The notes under the pieces were generated by a model. It made no database searches, was not told the origin of the DNA, and worked only from the letters and a program-made list of their open reading frames with translations. From Stutzerimonas stutzeri (GTDB lineage Bacteria; Pseudomonadota; Gammaproteobacteria; Pseudomonadales; Pseudomonadaceae), in NCBI RefSeq assembly GCF_038561965.1, contig NZ_CP139348.1:1546340-1610339 (forward strand): 64,000 nucleotides of DNA, given 5' to 3'. Positions 28,705 through 36,400 of the stretch are shown here, piece by piece (position 1 is the first letter of the stretch; each line of letters opens with the position of its first letter). The translations under genes were made by a program, and so were the position numbers.

Positions 28705-28861
28705 AAAGCTCGTTCGTCGCCTTGACGAATTTCAGCCGCGTGCTGTGGTTGGCGGCGGCGTGTAACGGCTTGAGCGACAATGTTCGAAGCTTTCGTCGCG
28801 CTTCTCTGTGTGCCGTGACTCGGCTCCGCGTCACGTTTCTAGAAAATTACATGTGAGCTTG

Positions 28862-28889
28862 TTGCGCTTATCACATGTGCTGATATTCT
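28862..28889 (+). promoter_or_regulatory. putative promoter of the DUF2170/PspA/flotillin cluster with flanking palindromes
   Basis: -35 ttgcgc (28862-28867), 16-nt spacer, extended -10 TGaTATTCT (28881-28889). Palindrome CACATGTG at 28873-28880, related acatgtg at 28849-28855, and a further inverted repeat cgtgac(N10)gtcacg at 28814-28835. Confidence 0.4.
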
Positions 28890-28895
28890 GGCGGC

Positions 28896-29516
28896 ATGGA
28901 AACGAAATCGTCCGCACATTATCAGCGCCTTTTTCGGCAGCGCCTGCGTGATCAGGGGTTGGTGAAAAAGGAAGTCTGGATTTTGCCCGAGCATTCAGTA
29001 CGGCTTGCGGCCTTGGAGAAGAGAATGCGCCAGCCGCTTCAGGGGCTGGCTTCATGTGAGATGGAAGAAGGTATGAATATGCCGCAGCTATGGACCGCCC
29101 AAGCGTTGCATGACGCTATTGAAACCACGGAACTGTGTAAGAACGGTCAGATTGCAATCGAGCTGATCCAAGGGGCTGACGCCAGCCTGCGCGTCACGAT
29201 GCGCGAGTATGGCGACCTGCCGATCTATGTGGCAGTGGTCGGCGAGCAAATCATCGTCGAGGCGCTGCTTTGGCCGGTTTCTGATGTGCAGGATCCGACC
29301 GCATTCAATGAACAGATATTGCGCACTCACAAGCTGTTTCCACTTTCGTGCATCGGCATCGAGTCGCTTCCAGATGGCCAGCCTTGCTACACCATGTTCG
29401 GTGCATTGAGTTCGGCGTCCACGCTTTCGGATGTGGTGCTGGAGATCCAGTTGCTTGGCGATAACGTGATCAAGGCTACCGAGGCGTACGAAGGCTTTCT
29501 CAAGGCCGGCATTTGA
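28896..29516 (+). CDS. DUF2170 (YjfI-like) family protein; N-terminal extent uncertain
   Basis: The C-terminal ~145 aa resemble YjfI, the E. coli gene partnered with yjfJ. The longest ORF starts at an ATG at 28896 with no RBS, right at the predicted transcription start. In-frame ATGs at 29061, 29073 and 29079 are alternative starts, and GC3 is lower upstream of them. Confidence 0.6.
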   Translation: METKSSAHYQRLFRQRLRDQGLVKKEVWILPEHSVRLAALEKRMRQPLQGLASCEMEEGMNMPQLWTAQALHDAIETTELCKNGQIAIELIQGADASLRVTMREYGDLPIYVAVVGEQIIVEALLWPVSDVQDPTAFNEQILRTHKLFPLSCIGIESLPDGQPCYTMFGALSSASTLSDVVLEIQLLGDNVIKATEAYEGFLKAGI

Positions 29517-29535
29517 GCTCTAAAGGAGATCTGAG

Positions 29536-30231
29536 ATGAATGTATGGAGCAAGCTGCTTACCGCTCTGCGCGGTGGTGTCAATGAGGCGGGCGAAGCGGT
29601 AGTGGATAGCCAAGCGCTGCGTATTCTTGATCAGGAAATACGCAATGCCGATTCCGAGTTGCGCAAAGCCAAGGAAGCGCTGGCCGAAATAATGGCCAAG
29701 CAGAAGTTGGCTGCTGAGCGTGTCAACAAGGCTACTACAGCGATCAGCGAATACGAACAGTATGCGTTGAAGGCCCTTGAGGCCGGTGATGAGCCGTTGG
29801 CCAAAGAAGTTGCCGCAAAGATTGCCAATCTTGAGGCTGAGCAGATAGCCGAGCGCGAACAGGCCGATAACTATGCTGAGAGCGTGGCGCAACTGCGCAA
29901 GGCCGTCAGTCAGGCGGAAGCACATATCAAGCGGCTCAAGCAGCAGGTTGATACGGTCAAGGCTACGGAGAGTGTGCAGAAGGCCCAGATGGCCGTCGCC
30001 CAGCGCTACGGCGGCTCGCAGGCCAAGTTGCACACCGCGGTTGAGTCGCTCGAGCGGATCAAGCATCAACAGGCCGAGCGCGCAGCGAAGATGGAGGCAA
30101 CGGCCGAGCTGGCGCAAGCGTCCAGCGTCGACGAATCACTTGACGCCAAATTGCGCGCCGCGGGGATCGTTGCCGACAACGCCAGTGCAGACAGCGTGCT
30201 CGCACGCTTGAAGGACAAAGCCAAGGGCTGA
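29536..30231 (+). CDS. PspA/IM30 family protein (YjfJ-like)
   Basis: 231-aa all-helical coiled-coil protein with a PspA-type N-terminal amphipathic helix (MNVWSKLLTALRGGVNE...). RBS aaggag upstream. Confidence 0.85.
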   Translation: MNVWSKLLTALRGGVNEAGEAVVDSQALRILDQEIRNADSELRKAKEALAEIMAKQKLAAERVNKATTAISEYEQYALKALEAGDEPLAKEVAAKIANLEAEQIAEREQADNYAESVAQLRKAVSQAEAHIKRLKQQVDTVKATESVQKAQMAVAQRYGGSQAKLHTAVESLERIKHQQAERAAKMEATAELAQASSVDESLDAKLRAAGIVADNASADSVLARLKDKAKG

Positions 30232-30307
30232 TCCGGCCATCAGCGACTACGAGAGCTTAGTCGCGCGGAATCGGCGAGAGTCGCGGCACAACACAAGGAT
30301 GTGATCG

Positions 30308-30952
30308 ATGGATTTGTTCATACAGACTGCTTTGAGCTTTCCGGTGGTGCTACTCAGCTTTGTGCTGGGTATATCCATTCTGTACTGGTGTGTGGCGGCC
30401 CTCGGTATGGTCGACGTGGACGTACTCGACGTCGAGATGGAGTCTTCTCTGGAAGATACGTCGTTTCAGCCGGAAGGCCTGGCTGGCCTGCTGCTCAAAT
30501 TCGGTCTGTCCGGGGTTCCAGTCACGCTGGTGCTGACCCTGCTGTTCTTCTTTTCCTGGTTGTTCTGTTATTTCGCCCAGCTGTTGGTGCTGCGCTTCTT
30601 GCCGCTCGGCATTTTGCGTTACCCACTAGGCCTGGTGCTGACCGTGGTTGCGCTGCTGCTGGCAGTGCCGATCTGCGGCGCGCTTGTCCGTCCACTTCGC
30701 CCGCTGTTTCTGAAGCTTCACGCACCCACTCATCGCTCCTTGCTCGGCCAGGTAGCTGTCGTGCGCAGCGGTACGGTTACGTCGAGTTTTGGCGAGGCCA
30801 CTCTGGAGGATGGCGGTGCTGGGCTGATCCTGCGAGTCAGAGCGGATGAGCAGGCCGGGTTCAAGCGCGGTGACCGCGTGGTTTTGCTGGAGTACCTGGA
30901 GGCTGAGAATGCCTATCGGGTCATTACCGAAAGTGAATTCAAGGGCATCTAA
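30308..30952 (+). CDS. YqiJ-like inner-membrane protein (DUF1449; short NfeD-like with C-terminal OB-fold)
   Basis: Several N-terminal transmembrane segments and a C-terminal soluble beta-domain. It is the usual partner gene upstream of a YqiK-type flotillin. Confidence 0.75.
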   Translation: MDLFIQTALSFPVVLLSFVLGISILYWCVAALGMVDVDVLDVEMESSLEDTSFQPEGLAGLLLKFGLSGVPVTLVLTLLFFFSWLFCYFAQLLVLRFLPLGILRYPLGLVLTVVALLLAVPICGALVRPLRPLFLKLHAPTHRSLLGQVAVVRSGTVTSSFGEATLEDGGAGLILRVRADEQAGFKRGDRVVLLEYLEAENAYRVITESEFKGI

Positions 30953-30979
30953 GCCCGCTTTTTAAAAGGAGTTGATGTA

Positions 30980-33022
30980 ATGAGCCTCGAACTGGTGATG
31001 CCTTTCCTGATCGGATTGGGCGTGTTCTTCCTCTTGATCATGGGCTTCTTTGTCCTGTTCAAAGCCTTCTATATCAAGGTCCCGCAAGGCACGGCGCTGA
31101 TCGTCAACGACATGTCGTCGATGCCCAAGGTCCACTTCACAGGTGCCCTGGTCTATCCGGTGATCTACAAAAAGGAGTTCATGAAGATCTCCTTGCTGAC
31201 GCTGGAAGTCGATCGCCGCGGCAAGGATGGTCTGATCTGCCAGGACAACCTGCGTGCCGATATCACCGTCGCTTTTTATCTACGGGTAAACGAGACCCAG
31301 CAGGACGTGCTGAAGGTCGCCAAGGCGATCGGCGTGGATCGTGCCTCCGATCGTGCAGCGGTGAATGAGCTGTTCAATGCCAAGTTCTCCGAAGCACTTA
31401 AGACCGTGGGCAAGCGCTTCGATTTCGTCCAGCTGTTCGAAGAACGCCAGAGCTTTCGTGACCGTATCGTTGAGGTGATCGGCAACGATCTGAATGGCTA
31501 CGTGCTTGAAGACGTCGCGATCGATTACCTGGAGCAAACGCCCAAAAGCTCCCTGGATCCAAACAATATTCTCGATGCCGAAGGTATTCGCAAGATCACT
31601 CAGCTGACGGCTGCGCAGAACATCATCACCAACGACTTCGAGCGCAACGAAGAGTTGGCTATTAAGAAGAAGAACGTCGAAACCCGTGAGGCTACTCTGG
31701 CGCTTGAGCGTCAGGAGGCTGATGCGGTGGCTAGGCAGAAGCGGGAGATCGAGACCATTCGTGCGCGCGAGCATGCTGAAACGCTCAAGGTGCAGGAAGA
31801 GGAGCGGTTGAAGGCCGAACAGGCCCGCATTCAAACCCAGCAGGAGCTGGATATCCGCGCAGAGAACCACCAGCGTGAAGTCGAGGTGGCGCAACAGAAC
31901 CGCCAGCGCGCTGTGGTCATCGAAGTCGAGAAAGTGACGCGTGCCAGGGATCTGGAGATCGTGGCTCGCGAGCGTGAAGTCGAACTGCAGCGAATCGAAA
32001 AGGAAAAGGCGCTGGAAGAAGAGCGCAAGAATATTGCTTCAGTCATTCGTGAGCGTGTGGCGGTCGAGAAAACCGTTGCTCAGGAAGAAGAGCGCATCAA
32101 GGAAGTTCGCGAGGTCTCCGAGGCCGAGCGAATGAAGCAGGTCGTGGTACTCAATGCCCAGGCGGAGGCAGAGCAGGAGCTGGTGCGTCAGGTCAAGCAG
32201 GCCGAAGCGGACGAAACGCGCTCCAAGCACAAGGCTGTGGAAATCAATACGTTGGCCCAGGCCGAGCTGGAGGCAGCTGCCAAGCAGGCGGAGGCCAAGA
32301 AGAAGCTTGCCGAGGGCGTCGAAGCCGAGCGTGCAGCACCTGGCCTGGCTGATGCGCGGGTGCGTGAGGTCACCGCGGCAGCGAAAGAGAAGGAAGGGCT
32401 GGCCGAAGCGCGTGTGCAAGCGGAGCAACTGATCGCAGCTGCCAAGGGCGAGCAGGAGAAGGGCCTCGCCGAGGCACGGGTGATTGAGGCCAAAGCAGGC
32501 GCCAAGGAGAAGGACGGTCTGGCCGAGGCCAAGGTGCTGGAAGAAAAACTCATAGCCCAGGCCCGCGGCGAGGAGCAGTTGGGCAGTGCCAAGGCCAAGG
32601 CGGCCCAGGATTTGGGTATGGCCGAGGCGCACGTGCTATTGGAGCGTCTGAACGCCGAGGCCGAAGGCTTGGGCAAAAAGTTCGGCGCGCTGGACTCGCT
32701 CAGCGACGGTGCGCGTCAGCACGAAGAGTTCCGCATGCAGCTGGAGAAGAGCTTCGAAGAGGCGATGGCCTCGATCGCGGCGAACAAGGACATCGCCAAG
32801 GACCAGGCAGAGGTGCTGTCGGCGGCGCTGTCGAAAGCCAAGATCGAAATCGTCGGGGGCGAAGGCGACTTCTTCAATTCGTTCGCCAAGTCGTTGTCGG
32901 TGGGCAAGGCGATCGAAGGTGTGGTTGGCAAGAGTCCGGTAGTTCAGGACGTGCTCGCGCGCTTGCTCAATGGCCGCGCTGCTGAAGCCAAACCGATGCG
33001 CGCTGACGCCAGCGAAGTTTGA
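30980..33022 (+). CDS. flotillin-like SPFH/band-7 protein (YqiK family)
   Basis: N-terminal transmembrane hairpin, an SPFH domain, then a ~400-aa E/A/K/R-rich coiled coil containing three tandem ~21-aa repeats (EKxGLAEARV...). RBS aaggag upstream. Confidence 0.85.
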   Translation: MSLELVMPFLIGLGVFFLLIMGFFVLFKAFYIKVPQGTALIVNDMSSMPKVHFTGALVYPVIYKKEFMKISLLTLEVDRRGKDGLICQDNLRADITVAFYLRVNETQQDVLKVAKAIGVDRASDRAAVNELFNAKFSEALKTVGKRFDFVQLFEERQSFRDRIVEVIGNDLNGYVLEDVAIDYLEQTPKSSLDPNNILDAEGIRKITQLTAAQNIITNDFERNEELAIKKKNVETREATLALERQEADAVARQKREIETIRAREHAETLKVQEEERLKAEQARIQTQQELDIRAENHQREVEVAQQNRQRAVVIEVEKVTRARDLEIVAREREVELQRIEKEKALEEERKNIASVIRERVAVEKTVAQEEERIKEVREVSEAERMKQVVVLNAQAEAEQELVRQVKQAEADETRSKHKAVEINTLAQAELEAAAKQAEAKKKLAEGVEAERAAPGLADARVREVTAAAKEKEGLAEARVQAEQLIAAAKGEQEKGLAEARVIEAKAGAKEKDGLAEAKVLEEKLIAQARGEEQLGSAKAKAAQDLGMAEAHVLLERLNAEAEGLGKKFGALDSLSDGARQHEEFRMQLEKSFEEAMASIAANKDIAKDQAEVLSAALSKAKIEIVGGEGDFFNSFAKSLSVGKAIEGVVGKSPVVQDVLARLLNGRAAEAKPMRADASEV

Positions 33023-33100
33023 TGATCCCAGGGCGCCTGAATCTGAAAGCAGAGTGCCCGTTCTGGCTCACCTGATGAGCCGCTGCAGCAAGGAGTGTTT

Positions 33101-33340
33101 ATGTCTGAACCAAGGGATTATCTGGAAATGTCCTTCCGCTCGATTCAGTGCTTTGCCAATGATGGCCGCCTGGACGTGAACGAGCTCGGTGCTCTGCTGG
33201 ACATCGCCGAGCGCGACGGTGATATCGATGAAAACGAAGCTCGTGTGCTGACAAAGATCATCGAACGTATCCGGCCCGAGGAAATCGACCAGCCAATGCG
33301 CGACAAGCTCGCCGAGGTGGCCAAGAAAATCGGAGCTTGA
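33101..33340 (+). CDS. small acidic hypothetical protein (79 aa)
   Basis: ATG 5 nt after an aaggag RBS. Helical, Asp/Glu-rich (DIAERDGDIDENEARVL). Sits between the flotillin gene and the giant ATPase gene. Confidence 0.5.
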   Translation: MSEPRDYLEMSFRSIQCFANDGRLDVNELGALLDIAERDGDIDENEARVLTKIIERIRPEEIDQPMRDKLAEVAKKIGA

Positions 33341-33444
33341 GGCATCCTCCAGATCACCAGCCATTCGGCGTTCCCCGCTACTTAGTGCAGCCCCGTGCGA
33401 CCGGGGCTCGTTGCTTGCAGACCGCATAGATTCAAGGAAGACCC

Positions 33445-36400
33445 ATGATGTCGGACGTCCAAGCCGAAAATACCCAGGACATTCTCGATAAAGCCGTCGC
33501 GCAAGGCGGTGCTTACGAGGTGCTGCACAAGCGACTGCAGGAGCAGGGATTACGTCTTCGGCATATCACCGAGAGCTTGAACGAAGAGCGCCTGGAGGCC
33601 TTCGGCAGCAGCCGAATGGAGGTGGTGGGGCGCGTCCGTATCCGTACCGAGAATAACTGCACGGCACGTGATATCGTCCAGGTTGGCGACAGCTTGCTGT
33701 TTGGCTACAACGTTTTTCTCGGGCTCAAGAAAGAAACCCGTGTCGAGGACGTATTTTCGATCTATCGATTGAGCGAGCAGGCCGAGGGCTACGAAGCCCA
33801 AGCCGTGTCGCTTGAGGGCAGCTTTCTTGCCCAAACCAGCTTCGTAAACGACTTCAACGAGCTGTACACCTACTACAAAAACACCCGCTTGCTGCAACTG
33901 ATAGTGCGTGACGGCAAGCTGCTGGCCAGCTTCCAGATCGGCGAGCGGGTCACTGACATCCGGGTATTCCGCTGGTCAATCTCCAATGACGGCAAGGATG
34001 TCCGGTATATCGACAACCGCGGTGAACGCGATATCGCGTTGCCGGCACCATTCGATTTCGAATGGCAGAAGACTTCTCGTGAGATGGCGGTCAACGGCCG
34101 CCATCCGCACCTGAATATCCTCGACACATTGTTCGTCGAGACGATTGGCGGCGACCTGACCGTTAAGGTGGAAAACAATACCGACGACGGCCTAGGCATC
34201 TACCGTGAGGCGGTGCTGGACAAGACCCAGTCCCTCGACGATGCACAGATCGAATACGCCAGGCTCGGTAGCCTGATTCTGCTCAAGGTGCTGCCGTATC
34301 GGGAAGAGCAGTGGCGCTATCTGGTCTTCAACAGCCTGACGCGCTCGGTTGAGCGCCTTGATGCAATCGGGCTCGCCTGCGTTCAGTTGCCAGAAGACCA
34401 TGGAATCATCTTCCCTGGCGGTTATTACCTGCAGAACGGAGAGTCGAAGGCGTTCGAGCAGTCGATGGACGGCATGCGCTTCAAGCGCGCGGTGCGCTCG
34501 CCTAACGGTGAGGATGTGCAGTACATCTTCTACCACCCGGAAGAAGGGCGATCGGCGTTGTTTACCTACAACATGATCGACCGCCAACTGCAGAATCCGA
34601 TTTTCGGTCATGGCTATGCCCGGCTCGAAGACGGGCGCATGGTGATCTTTTCTGCCGAAGGCAGCGAACCCACACGCATCCACCCGATGCAGATCTGGCA
34701 GACGCCATTCTGTACCGATGACTTCGCCGCACGGCAGCCTGCGCGCAGCGGGTTCTTCGGGCGCATCGGCAACGCCGAGTTGGTGCGAGGCGTATCCGAC
34801 CTGTTCAACCTGAGTCGCGAGATCGATGCGCCGCAGATATCGGTGCAGCGTTATACCCAGCTCTGCCAGAATACCCGCCGTCTGTTCGATGCCTACCATT
34901 GGCTGGGCGATGCCCAGTGCCAGGGGCTTGCCCTGCTCCTGCGCGAGATTGCAGCAACCGGCGAGCTGGTACTCGATGAGTTCGAGAAGGTCGAGAGCAT
35001 TCGTCAGCAATCGAGCCGTGCGATGGCCGAAGCCCAGACCCGCCAGAAGGCATTGCTCTCCGGGTTGTTGACCGACAGCTGGGACAGGGTGCAGCAGTTC
35101 GTCGAGGCGCTTAACGCGATCAACTCACAGCGCGGCCAGCTGCTGACCATTCGTGACTACCGCTATATCGATGTCTCGCGCATCGATGCCATGGAGGCCG
35201 AACTGCTCGAGGCGCAGGAACGGGCCAGTTTGGCGACTTCGAGGTTCCTCGCCAGCGATGCGGCGCTTGAGCCTTATCTGCTGGAACTCAGTGACCACGA
35301 TGCGGCGGCGCAGAAGGCGGAAACCGTCACCCAGCTCAATGAGCCCTTGGCCGGTATGCAGGATATGGCTGCAGGGCTGGACATGCTTTCGGGCCTGATG
35401 GCGTCGTTGTCGATCGATGATGCCACCGAGCGCACCCGCATCGTTGAATCGATCTCGGAAGTGTATGCCCTTCTCAACCAGGCCAAGGCGCGAGCGGAGC
35501 AGCGCCGCAAGGGGCTCGGTTCGGCGGAAACAGTGGCCCAGTTCGGTGCTCAGTTCAAATTGTTCAGCCAGGGCATCACCAACGCTCTGGCCCAGGCATC
35601 GGACCCGGAGCGCTGCGACGAGCAGCTCTCACGTCTGCTGGTGCAGCTTGAGGAGCTGGAAAGCCAGTTCGGTGATCACGAACAGTTCCTCGGCGACATC
35701 CTGAGCAAGCGTGAGGAGTTGCTGGAAACTTTCGAGGCGCACAAGCAGAGCCTGCTCGATGATCGCCAGCGCCGCGCCCAGGGCGTCCTCGATGCTGCGT
35801 CGCGCATCCTCGACAGTCTTGGCCGACGTACTGCCCGTCTGAACCTGGCGGAGGAGCTCAACGCCTTTTTTGCCGCCGACCCGCTAATCCTCAAGTTGCG
35901 TGAGATGGTCGGGCGCCTGCGCGACCTCAAGGACAGCGTCAAGGCAGACGATGTAGAGGCGCGCCTGAAGAGCGCCCGCGACCAGGCGGTGCGGGCGATG
36001 CGCGACAAGAGTGAGCTGTTCGAGGCAGGTGGCAATGTCATCCGGCTGGGCCCGCGCCACCGTTTTAGCGTCAACACGCAGGAGTTGGATCTGACCCTGC
36101 TGCCCCGTGGTGATCAGCTCTATCTGCACCTGACCGGGACCGACTTTCTCGAGCCGTTGCGTGATTCCGAACTCGAAGCGTTACGCGAATTCTGGCAGGT
36201 GTCGCTGGAGTCGGAATCGGAGGCGTTGTACCGCGCCGAGTACCTGGCCGGCGAAGTGCTCGCCGCCGCAGACGCCGGACAAGATGGCCTGGATATCAAT
36301 AGCCTAAAGCAGCTACTCGCCGACCGTGAGGCGCTGACCAGACGCATTCGAGATTTTGCCGCCCCTCGTTACCGGGAAGGCTACGAAAAGGGTATCCACG

